From an uncultured virus (IMG/VR IMGVR_UViG_2740892240_000002) (taxonomy: Duplodnaviria > Heunggongvirae > Uroviricota > Caudoviricetes): a DNA stretch of 64,000 nt. The stretch lies in IMG/VR virus record IMGVR_UViG_2740892240_000002, positions 1 through 64,000 of that record; one strand, given 5' to 3'. The translations under genes were made by a program, and so were the position numbers. Below are positions 1 through 8,446 of the stretch, piece by piece. Within the stretch, counting starts at the first letter, position 1. Every line of letters starts with the position of its first letter. Below the pieces are notes generated by a model. That model was not told where the DNA came from. It worked only from the letters and a program-made list of their open reading frames with translations, and ran no database searches.

Positions 1-186
1 TTATATACTTGCCAAAAATCCATCAGCAAAACCAATAAAAAAATGAATTTCCACTCCTATAAAAGCTAATATAATCCCTATTTTTTTAATTAATTTTAAA
101 TGAATAAAGTCCTTTTTAAAACCAATTAATAGAAAAATGATACCTAAAAAACTTATAAAACTTCCTATATTATATAAAATATCCAT
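1..186 (-). CDS. Small two-TM membrane protein (cargo)
   Basis: 61-aa ORF, AGGAGTG RBS, two hydrophobic segments. Confidence 0.65.
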   Translation of the reverse strand: MDILYNIGSFISFLGIIFLLIGFKKDFIHLKLIKKIGIILAFIGVEIHFFIGFADGFLASI

Positions 187-535
187 AGATTCACTCCTTA
201 TATTTTTAATGAACTCAAAGTTATTTTAACATATTAAATTAAAGTAACTTTAAAATTGAACTAAAATGATTTTTTTTTGGAGTGAAATCGTAAATTTTAA
301 ATTATACTCTAACTAGTTAATAAAGTTAAATTTTAAGACTTATTAATCTTAGGCTAAATTTAATTGATCTATTACAATTTTATTTTATGATTACATAATA
401 TTACATTTTTACTATATTGCTCGGTAACTTTATTGCAATAACAATCATTTGTTTTTAAAATCATTTTAATATACTGCTAATTATAATAATTTTTCTCTAA
501 AACACATTAAAAAGTAATTAAATTAGTAAATTTTT

Positions 536-597
536 AAGTACTAAAAAAACTAACTGAAATACTAGTTAATAGATTACAGTTAGCCTTTTTAGTACTT
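536..597. terminator. Long imperfect hairpin, probable terminator or RNA structure
   Basis: aagtactaaaaaaactaactg ... cagttagcctttttagtactt inverted repeat. Confidence 0.45.
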
Positions 598-784
598 TTG
601 GTATACAAAAATTTCAAAAACATTTAATAATAGTAGGATTAATATAATTATACCAAAAACTAAATAAATTAATAATTTTACTTTTAAATAGTTATTATTA
701 GTTATTTCTATGGAAAAGTAAAATTCCTATTATTAAGTTTTAAAAATTCTAACCTTTATAAAACAATATTTGATGAATTTCATA

Positions 785-945
785 AAAAATAAAAAGAGCA
801 CCTCTAATCATGAGATACTCTTTTTATTTTTGACGTTGTAGAAGTACTATTTAACTCTAAAGTTCCAACCTCATACCAATTCTTTTTGATATGCTATTTA
901 TAGTTATGGCTTACAACTATATGTAATATATGTGAAACTATCTAA
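785..945 (-). ncRNA. Candidate structured sRNA ending in an intrinsic terminator
   Basis: Several consecutive hairpins whose mismatches read as G-U pairs on the minus strand; terminator hairpin 790-830; no ORF. Confidence 0.4.
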
Positions 946-1134
946 ATTGGTTAATGGTTAAATAAAACTAAGTATATTAAAACCAAAAACCTTATCTTTA
1001 TTATACCCTATTTAGTAATCTTTTCCATAGTTTATATCAATTTTTTTTGATATATAGAATTTTTTTATAGTTCATCTGTTTTCTATAGATTTAATTTATG
1101 ATTAAATTTATATTCTATCTTATTTTAAAAGAAA

Positions 1135-1335
1135 AAAGTACCTCTATTGAGAGGTACTTTTGCAAAAAAATAATGTTAGGTTTATCTTAATATTAGTTAC
1201 AATTGCAACTAATTCGAGTTTAGCTATGTAATTTGAGGTTTAAAGAGTACTAAATATTAGCACTCTTTAAAATTGATACTTAATACATTAATCATTTGAA
1301 TCATGAACGAGTATAACGATATAATTTATTATATC
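1135..1335 (-). ncRNA. Candidate structured sRNA with sigmaA-like promoter and terminator
   Basis: Hairpins at 1238-1272 and 1193-1214 with minus-strand G-U pairs; terminator aaagtacctct/agaggtacttt at 1136-1160; TTGTAT-17-TATTAT upstream. Confidence 0.45.
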
Positions 1336-1419
1336 TATATATATAATATAATTTTAAACTTCTTAATACAAGTCTTATATATCAATTTTATTTGATATAT
1401 AATATAAAGTTTACGGAAA

Positions 1420-1452
1420 AATAAAAAGCACTCATCTATTTGAGTGCTTTAT
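1420..1452. terminator. Intrinsic terminator of the small-peptide gene
   Basis: aaagcactca-tctat-ttgagtgcttt hairpin with A/T tails. Confidence 0.75.
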
Positions 1453-1466
1453 CTATATAAAATTAA

Positions 1467-1565
1467 TTACTGTTCATTTGCTTCCTTTAGTTCTTCATTT
1501 AATACCCCCGCACAAGTAGCTAATACAAAAGGTACTATCAATAATGTTCCTAATACGATTGTCAT
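1467..1565 (-). CDS. 32-aa single-TM peptide MTIVLGTLLIVPFVLATCAGVLNEELKEANEQ (below ORF-track cutoff)
   Basis: GGGAGG RBS 8 nt before ATG; hydrophobic N-half and acidic tail; own -10 and terminator. Confidence 0.75.
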   Translation of the reverse strand: MTIVLGTLLIVPFVLATCAGVLNEELKEANEQ

Positions 1566-1604
1566 ATATAACCCTCCCCTAGATTTATTTTACTTGATGA
1601 GTTT

Positions 1605-1659
1605 ATTATACATGCTCAATCTTAAAAAAGCCTTGCACCAACCTTAAACATTCCTTACA
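1605..1659 (-). promoter_or_regulatory. -10 TATAAT plus four CTT(A/G)(A/C)A direct repeats at 11-bp period (OmpR/PhoB-type operator array)
   Basis: CTTAAA 1621, CTTGCA 1632, CTTAAA 1643, CTTACA 1654; the repeats overlap a poor -35 region. Confidence 0.6.
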
Positions 1660-1797
1660 TTTTTGATAGATATATCGAATAATTTATACATTATGCTTTT
1701 TACCAAAATTTAACTATATATTAACATGCTCTTAACTCACTTTTTCCAAGCTTAGTTATAATAAGTGTAGACATTGTACATAAAATGGAGGATACTA

Positions 1798-2319
1798 ATG
1801 AATTTAAAAAAACTTAAAAGCGGTATTGCATTGTCATTAATTATAGCTACAGTTTCAATACCTTTTTCAAACTCAATTTTCGCATTAGAAATTGCTAATT
1901 CTACTACACCAACTGAGTTTGTAGAAAATAAAAATATAGGTATAGATGAAGTTTCTGAGTTCTTTGGGTTAACAAATAATGAAAAAAATGAATTTAGAAA
2001 ATCAATTGATTAGTATAAAAAAGAAGAACAATTACGTCAAGAACATGAGTATAAAATCTATGGTAATCAATTTGGCAAATTAAGTTTATCAACGAAAGCG
2101 ATGCGCAAAATATGGAGAAAGCTACCTTTTAAAGTAAGAAAAACAATAGTTCAACATACAGGTCTTACTGGTGCTGCAGCAATACAAAGTATTGTTTCAA
2201 CAGTAGATCATTTTACAGGATCAGTAGAAGATGGTGTTTATAAAGCTTGTAAAAAACTAGGCATGAACAATCACTATTCTTGGTGGGTTACAAAAACAAT
2301 AACCCTATTTTTATTATAA
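1798..2319 (+). pseudogene. Sec-signal secreted bacteriocin-like precursor interrupted by one in-frame TAG (2011-2013)
   Basis: ORFs 1774-2013 and 2101-2319 share a frame with no other stop between them. Signal peptide, acidic pro-region, cationic amphipathic C-terminal domain; GGAGG RBS before ATG 1798. Confidence 0.65.
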
Positions 2320-2327
2320 AATATATT

Positions 2328-2477
2328 ATGATATTATCTATACTTTTAATTATATTTTCATTGATCCAAATTTTTAGACCATACAAAAACAAAAATATTA
2401 TGTTTTATATAATATACATATTAATCATGGTTATAAATATTATATCTATAATAGTTCATATATTACAATTTCTATAA
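2328..2477 (+). CDS. Small two-TM protein, candidate immunity protein
   Basis: 49-aa very hydrophobic ORF directly after the bacteriocin-like gene; no clear RBS. Confidence 0.45.
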   Translation: MILSILLIIFSLIQIFRPYKNKNIMFYIIYILIMVINIISIIVHILQFL

Positions 2478-2480
2478 AAA

Positions 2481-2632
2481 AGAAAACTAAATAAATCAAA
2501 TCTAGATTTTGAAATGGCAATAGTTAATTAAGTGAGAGTGTTGATGCAAATGACGCTCAAACTTTTAATAGAGTATTTTTATCTCCTTAGGGAGCTATGT
2601 TTTAATCTTAGAGTTGATTTGTTTAGTTTTCT
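2481..2632 (+). ncRNA. Candidate ~150-nt multi-branched structured RNA (or MITE-like element)
   Basis: ~28-bp closing stem 2481-2508/2604-2632 plus internal hairpins gagtgtt/gacgctc and ctcc-ttag-ggag; several mismatches are plus-strand G-U pairs. Confidence 0.5.
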
Positions 2633-2685
2633 ATAATATATTTATACCTTATTTTTCATCTTGTAAACATTTTCTTGAAAATTTC

Positions 2686-2728
2686 AAGATAAAAAGAGTA
2701 TCATTAAACTATATACTCTTTTTATCTT
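2686..2728. terminator. Bidirectional terminator downstream of endolysin
   Basis: aagataaaaagagtat ... atactctttttatctt inverted repeat. Confidence 0.7.
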
Positions 2729-2788
2729 AAAATTAAACTGTATTTATTCTAAAGTATTACATGCAACAATGGTACCTATATCAACATA

Positions 2789-3571
2789 TTAAATTAATTT
2801 TAAATATTTAGAATTTACATATCCAAGACCTTTATTACCTTTAAATCCTTCTATACTTACCCATCTATTTAGACAATATTGTAAATTCACTATATCTCCA
2901 TATTTAACTTGTCCTATAATCTCATATTCTGTCCCTCTATCCCATCTAACATTTAATACATCTGCAATTACTTTAGCTTTTCTTCCAGAATAATCACCAT
3001 TTGTAAATCCTTCAGTATTAGTTTCAGTGTCAGTGTCCTTCCATTCAACTGAATTAAATTTGCATATTCCTTTTGCTATAGCTTTAGCAAACTTATCTTT
3101 ATTGTTCATTATTAAATTATAGTCTTCCTCATTAGTTATAAATCCTAACTCAACTAAACATGCATCCATATTAGTTTCTCTTATAACATGTAAGTTTCCC
3201 TCTTTGACACCTCTATTTTTAGTGTATAGTCCTTCTTTAATAATTTCAGAATGTATAGCATCAGCCAAAGCTCTATATTTGAATTTATAACAATAAGTTT
3301 CTAAACCTTGAGCATTAGGATTGTCTACACTATTACAATGTATAGATACAAATGAATTTACACCTAGGCTATTAGCTTTATTACTTCTTTCGCTTAGAGT
3401 TAAAAATATATCATTATTTCTAGTATTTATATTTTTTATATCTTGTGTTTTTAAATAATCACTTACTTTATTTGCAACTTCTAAAACTATATCTTTCTCT
3501 AAGCATCCAGCTACTCCTATAGCTCCTGAATCATGTCCTCCATGTCCTGCATCTGTCATATTTGTTCTCAT
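2789..3571 (-). CDS. Endolysin, N-acetylmuramoyl-L-alanine amidase (Amidase_3) with C-terminal SH3b-like domain
   Basis: DAGHGG, EK, SIHCN and LVELGF motifs; LNVR...G C-terminal domain. Confidence 0.95.
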   Translation of the reverse strand: MRTNMTDAGHGGHDSGAIGVAGCLEKDIVLEVANKVSDYLKTQDIKNINTRNNDIFLTLSERSNKANSLGVNSFVSIHCNSVDNPNAQGLETYCYKFKYRALADAIHSEIIKEGLYTKNRGVKEGNLHVIRETNMDACLVELGFITNEEDYNLIMNNKDKFAKAIAKGICKFNSVEWKDTDTETNTEGFTNGDYSGRKAKVIADVLNVRWDRGTEYEIIGQVKYGDIVNLQYCLNRWVSIEGFKGNKGLGYVNSKYLKLI

Positions 3572-3655
3572 AATAAAATCCTCCTAAAATTTATTTTCTT
3601 AATATAAAAGTAAAGAAAAAAATAAATTGTTACTAATTTTTTTACTTTTTATTAA

Positions 3656-3907
3656 TTATTTATTTATAGTTTGTTTCACAAATTGATTTGTTGCTATTGC
3701 ACCAAAGCTACATATTATACCTTGTAAAATACTTTTAGCATTAAATCCCATTATAGGTATGCTAAACCCAATAGCTAAAACTAGTAAAATCCACGGTATA
3801 CTCCAATCTTTTACTTTTGGAGTTTTCTTTAAAAACATTCCTATAACATAAAGAGCAGCTACTAATATTAGCAACTGCTCAGGTACAAATTTAATTATTG
3901 TTTCCAT
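3656..3907 (-). CDS. Phage holin
   Basis: 83 aa, 3 TM, LKKTPKVKDWSIP motif, upstream of lysin. Confidence 0.9.
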   Translation of the reverse strand: METIIKFVPEQLLILVAALYVIGMFLKKTPKVKDWSIPWILLVLAIGFSIPIMGFNAKSILQGIICSFGAIATNQFVKQTINK

Positions 3908-3922
3908 TTAACTTATCTCCTT

Positions 3923-4156
3923 TTATTTAAATAAATGATTTTGTATAGCATAAAAAAAGAAACCTATAACACCACTACAAATAAAGCCAAAGCCCCATTT
4001 TAATGTATTTACAAGTCCTTCTATACTTTTACATAAGTTATCTATTTGTATATCTCTTTTAGCATCACTCTGCTCTAGTTTATCTAATCTTTCAGAATGA
4101 TTGTTTATACGCCTTTCATGTGCTTCTAGCATATGATCTGTTACTTCAATATTCAT
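3923..4156 (-). CDS. XhlA-like lysis-associated protein
   Basis: Coiled coil plus C-terminal TM; upstream of holin. Confidence 0.8.
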   Translation of the reverse strand: MNIEVTDHMLEAHERRINNHSERLDKLEQSDAKRDIQIDNLCKSIEGLVNTLKWGFGFICSGVIGFFFYAIQNHLFK

Positions 4157-4170
4157 TATATCCTCCTAAT

Positions 4171-5913
4171 TTAAGCTATTATTATTAAAGCTCCAGCTAC
4201 AGATTTATGCCTAATATCTCCATTAGAGTAATTTTTATCTGTTCTATATCCTTTAACTGGAACTCTTGCATTAGCATAGTCTACTCTATCTTGTTCAACA
4301 TAGACGACCATACGTTGAAGTACCCAAGGCTCACCCCAGTTCCAACTATCATCCCAAGTATCTGTAAGAACTGCCATTGTTTTAAATGGTTTATTTTTAT
4401 ATCTGTCAGGAAGTTGAACCCAAGTAGAACCGTTTGGATCTCCATTTGCTCTAAATCCTATAACATCTATAATACTTCTATATGGATATGTCTTACCATT
4501 TTCTTGATAGCCAAATCCATTTTTATCAATCATACATTTTGTGCCATCTTCAAACTCCATAGCAAGCCTGTCTTTTTGAATACTTAAAGGTGTATATTTT
4601 CCTATTGTGAAATTAAACCTATCCATTTTTTGCTCGAAAATTGAACTAACTTCTTTTCCACTTACCTTTTGGCTTATTTCATATGCAGTTTGATTTCTAT
4701 AAGTTTCAAACTCTCCATTTTTTACTCTTTCCATTATAGCTTTATCAGTTTGTTCTCTATAACTCATAAATTCAGAACTTGAAACTTTTTGTATTAATCT
4801 CCCATTTACTTGGAGTATTTCTAATTTATTATTGTTAGTTTCTTGAATAATATTATTATTTGAACTAACTTGACTTGGTTCTGGGTTATTTAATGCGAAA
4901 CTTGATGCATAAGGTCTTTCTAAATCTAAATCAATTTTTACAATCCTATGCCTATTTTCATACTCTAAAGGCTCACAGAATACGTTAATATTTTGTGATA
5001 ACTTAAGGTGGTTTAAATCATTATTTAAATAGCTTAAATCTAAAGCATTTATTGCTACTATAGAATTATTTAAATTAATTACTTCAAGCTTCTCTTTAAC
5101 TTTTCTATCTAAATTTTCTTGTATTGTTACATCGGGCCATTCATGTACTTGTTCTATAACCCCATATTTTTTTATAAGTTCAGGATCTTCTGCCATAGAA
5201 GTTATTTTACCTTCTGAGCCTACTCCTATTAGTCTTGTACAAACTGATTTCAATCCATCTTCAACTTGAATATCTTTAAGGTTTAATCCCATATCTATAT
5301 TAGTTTCATCTGTAACTGGATTATCTTTTAAATAATCTAAATAATATTTTCCATTAGATTCCCTTAAATTTAAAAAACCTCCTTTTCTGTTTACAAGTTT
5401 ATCGTAAATAGCATTTAAGGAGGTTTCTCTATTAGTCATACAATAGATACTATCAATTAAAGTTACATTACCTAAATAAATTTTCTTTTTATCATCTACT
5501 TTACTATTATGATTATCGAGTACTTTTTTTAAAAACTTTTTTGTATCATAGTTAGGCTCTGCATAATCGGGACTATCTGGAGGTACTTCTGCGGGATGTA
5601 ACTGCCATACTCCAACTGTACTATCAATTAGGTAATTTAAAGAGCCTTCACATATTACATCATTATAAAACATACCTTCGCCAGTCATTTGTTTTTTTAC
5701 ATCTAATACTCTACCATCGAATATTCTTTCATCTGTATCGCCGTTTAATTTATATACCTCAATTAAATCTATAAACTTTCTAAGCTTATTAAAAAATTTA
5801 CTATTTGGTAATAAATTAAAGCTAAGTATAGGAGCTTTATTCTCTTCAAAATTAATTTTACAATGAACGCCATCTATAACTTCATCGGAATTTTTAAATC
5901 TAATTTCAAACAA
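4171..5913 (-). CDS. Tail spike / Tal-like prophage endopeptidase tail protein
   Basis: FDGRVL...CEGSLNYL and TRLIGVG motifs typical of Firmicutes siphophage Tal proteins. Confidence 0.8.
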   Translation of the reverse strand: MFEIRFKNSDEVIDGVHCKINFEENKAPILSFNLLPNSKFFNKLRKFIDLIEVYKLNGDTDERIFDGRVLDVKKQMTGEGMFYNDVICEGSLNYLIDSTVGVWQLHPAEVPPDSPDYAEPNYDTKKFLKKVLDNHNSKVDDKKKIYLGNVTLIDSIYCMTNRETSLNAIYDKLVNRKGGFLNLRESNGKYYLDYLKDNPVTDETNIDMGLNLKDIQVEDGLKSVCTRLIGVGSEGKITSMAEDPELIKKYGVIEQVHEWPDVTIQENLDRKVKEKLEVINLNNSIVAINALDLSYLNNDLNHLKLSQNINVFCEPLEYENRHRIVKIDLDLERPYASSFALNNPEPSQVSSNNNIIQETNNNKLEILQVNGRLIQKVSSSEFMSYREQTDKAIMERVKNGEFETYRNQTAYEISQKVSGKEVSSIFEQKMDRFNFTIGKYTPLSIQKDRLAMEFEDGTKCMIDKNGFGYQENGKTYPYRSIIDVIGFRANGDPNGSTWVQLPDRYKNKPFKTMAVLTDTWDDSWNWGEPWVLQRMVVYVEQDRVDYANARVPVKGYRTDKNYSNGDIRHKSVAGALIIIA

Positions 5914-5914
5914 T

Positions 5915-6097
5915 TTACATCACCTTGTTATTAATAATATTGCTAGGTAGAGATACAACATCAAATGATTCTTTTGTTATTTCTGTAAACTGTTCTTTTG
6001 TTATTCTTTCAGCTTGAACAAATAATCTAACATCACTTACCTTATATATTTTTAAATCAAAATATTTTTTTGCCATTTCAAAATACCAGTTATCCAT
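5915..6097 (-). CDS. XkdX-like protein
   Basis: KKYFD...FVQAERITKEQFTEIT motif. Confidence 0.8.
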   Translation of the reverse strand: MDNWYFEMAKKYFDLKIYKVSDVRLFVQAERITKEQFTEITKESFDVVSLPSNIINNKVM

Positions 6098-6099
6098 TT

Positions 6100-6600
6100 T
6101 TAATTACCTCCTAATGATTTTAATATTATATTAGCAACATCTTTTTCTATGCCTTTAATTTGTATATCTTTATTAACTAAATTTAAAGTTGCTTGAGCCA
6201 TATTAGTATTTAAATTATTTATTTCAATATCTTTGTTAATTGATTCTAAAGTTGCTTGTGCTAAGTTCATATTTAATTCTTTAATTTGTATATCTTTTTC
6301 CAAGCTTTCTTTAATTAAAAATGCATTTTGTTGTTCTAATAAATCAGTTCTAGTTGGTTTAGGTTTTTCATATTCAAAAGGAATTATTTCAAATATATCT
6401 TTATCTTCAATTGTATAAAGTTCTTTTAACTCGAAATTTTCTTTTAATTTAAAATCTGTCGTTAGGTTTTGTAAGTAAGAATAAAGTTTTTCATCAATAA
6501 CAAGAACATTATTAGATTCAATATCTTCTAAATTTGAAAATGTTTCTGGAAAACATTCTTCAAAACTCAAATCATCATTATATATAAGATAATTCACCAT
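6100..6600 (-). CDS. Tail-fibre associated (assembly) protein with 21-aa coiled-coil repeats
   Basis: Follows the fibre gene; three KDI(Q/E)I repeats at 21-aa spacing; RBS favours ATG at 6600. Confidence 0.6.
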   Translation of the reverse strand: MVNYLIYNDDLSFEECFPETFSNLEDIESNNVLVIDEKLYSYLQNLTTDFKLKENFELKELYTIEDKDIFEIIPFEYEKPKPTRTDLLEQQNAFLIKESLEKDIQIKELNMNLAQATLESINKDIEINNLNTNMAQATLNLVNKDIQIKGIEKDVANIILKSLGGN

Positions 6601-6602
6601 TT

Positions 6603-7745
6603 TTAATACCTCCCTATTGCAATCCAATTTACAGTTATAATTTTACCTTCTCCAGGAGCATGACCATCTATGTTTCTTGCTTCTATATACCCTCTTGCTT
6701 TATTATCTGATTTTACAGAACATACTACATCTGCATATCCTGTGAAATTATTTTCAGCTACATTCCCTGTAAATGTGTAATCAGAAGATGCAAATGGAAC
6801 TGGAAAGTAAATATATCCTTTACATTTCCTATCACTAGCATAAAACATAACTGGTAAGCTTCCATGTTGAATTAGAAGACCACCAGGTAATTTATACCAG
6901 TGTTTGCCGTCTGTTACTCCATTTGAAAAGTCTGTAGTACTTACTAAATTTGACATATTATATTTTTCATCAGATTGTTTTTTTGTGTAATATAAATCAT
7001 TATGATTATGCGAACTCGGTGTAAATGTATCAGGCTTACCTGTTATATCATCCCATGTGGGTTTATTTACACTACTAAATACTTTCGCCCAAGGTGTCCA
7101 ACTTGTAGCTTCTGCATTTGTGGAACATCTAGTAAATTCTTCGTTTCTCATATCTGAATAGAATATTTGTGTACACCATTTTGCATTATCCCAAGATAAA
7201 ACAACTAATCTACCATAGTTATATGGTGCGTTTTTCGCTTCGGCTACTACATAGTTTCCTCCTAAAGTAACTGTGTTTAAATCTGCAGATGAATCAATAC
7301 GTTTTGGGCATCTACTAATATACTTATCTTTAATATCATGTATATCATTTGCATACTCAGCTTCTAAGTTATCATATTTGGATTTAAAACTATTTTTCAA
7401 ATCATTTAACTCAGAATTATTATTATTATATAAATTTGATAGTTTAGAATCCCACGTGCTATTTTCATCAACAATCTGTCCAAATGTTTCTTTTCTATGC
7501 TCTTCATTTGAAACTCTAGTATTTTCATCAGAAATTCTTTTGTTTTCTGCTGATACCCTTTGTTGTTCAGCTAAATTTATATCATTTTTAAATTTTTTAA
7601 TATCTGCTATTGTTTCATTAACATGCTTTGTATTTTCTTCTACTTCTGTGTTTATAACTTCTATTCCTGTTGCAAGACTTTCTCTTACTTCTTTCCCATA
7701 GATAGCAGTTCTAATATTATTCGTATATTTTTTTATATCTGTCAC
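6603..7745 (-). CDS. Tail fibre / receptor-binding protein (coiled coil, knob-like domain, gp53-like C-terminus)
   Basis: DLNTV..GNY knob repeat; KLPGGLLIQHG...FPVPF...WIAIGR C-terminus. Confidence 0.8.
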   Translation of the reverse strand: MTDIKKYTNNIRTAIYGKEVRESLATGIEVINTEVEENTKHVNETIADIKKFKNDINLAEQQRVSAENKRISDENTRVSNEEHRKETFGQIVDENSTWDSKLSNLYNNNNSELNDLKNSFKSKYDNLEAEYANDIHDIKDKYISRCPKRIDSSADLNTVTLGGNYVVAEAKNAPYNYGRLVVLSWDNAKWCTQIFYSDMRNEEFTRCSTNAEATSWTPWAKVFSSVNKPTWDDITGKPDTFTPSSHNHNDLYYTKKQSDEKYNMSNLVSTTDFSNGVTDGKHWYKLPGGLLIQHGSLPVMFYASDRKCKGYIYFPVPFASSDYTFTGNVAENNFTGYADVVCSVKSDNKARGYIEARNIDGHAPGEGKIITVNWIAIGRY

Positions 7746-8446
7746 TATAACAACTCCTTAATAAATAAAAATTCAATTGTCCCTGATCCAGTAACTTTTA
7801 TATGATTTTCGCCATTTTTTAGTTTTAATTTACGTATATGGTTTGTACCCTTTTTAAGGTTAAATGTTTTATTACGTATGGTTATAGTCATATCTGAACT
7901 ACATACTATATCTGGAACTATGCTAACCCCTTTGTTAATAATTAAAATATCTTTAGAGTCAACAACTTCAAAGAAATTAAATTCTGTAACATCTGTTATA
8001 AAATTAAATTCATCCCAAATATCTGATGCATAACGTTCAAATTTAAAAGGAGAACAATCAAAAATAACTTTAAATTTACCTGTTCGTCTTAAAAAATTTA
8101 AATCTGTTGTAGATGCAACTCTAGCTTTAAAATAACCTCTTATATTTTCTATTATCAACTCGGATTCAACTACATTTAATAACCACATTTGAATTTCATC
8201 AAACCAATTATAAAGAACCTTACTATCTCTTTTTTGATAAAAGAAAGTAATTTCTATAGTTCTATCTGAGTACTGTCTTTCTCCGTCATTAAATATACCG
8301 CTGAAATCAAAAGAACCACTCCTAAAAGGAATGGTTTCTTTGATTATCTTTGGAGTAGGAGAATTAATTTTAAAATGCTCTATATAAAGGTCAAAATCTT
8401 CAAAACTATGTTTATTATTAAAATAAATTTGCCTATACATTTCCAA
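7745..8446 (-). CDS. Distal tail protein (Dit)
   Basis: Immediately after the tape measure gene; FNNKHSFEDF N-terminus. Confidence 0.8.
   Translation of the reverse strand: MEMYRQIYFNNKHSFEDFDLYIEHFKINSPTPKIIKETIPFRSGSFDFSGIFNDGERQYSDRTIEITFFYQKRDSKVLYNWFDEIQMWLLNVVESELIIENIRGYFKARVASTTDLNFLRRTGKFKVIFDCSPFKFERYASDIWDEFNFITDVTEFNFFEVVDSKDILIINKGVSIVPDIVCSSDMTITIRNKTFNLKKGTNHIRKLKLKNGENHIKVTGSGTIEFLFIKELL

Noticed and set aside
187..1000. Left attachment site of prophage 1
   Set aside because: No 5' half of the ABC ATPase and no convincing inverted match to the right-junction arm; it must lie left of the window.
1444..1647. 67-aa plus-strand ORF from the track
   Set aside because: No RBS; it starts inside a terminator and is antisense to a better-supported 32-aa gene.
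2481..2632. Known riboswitch (e.g. c-di-GMP-I)
   Set aside because: The diagnostic motifs are not recognisable, and no same-strand gene lies downstream.
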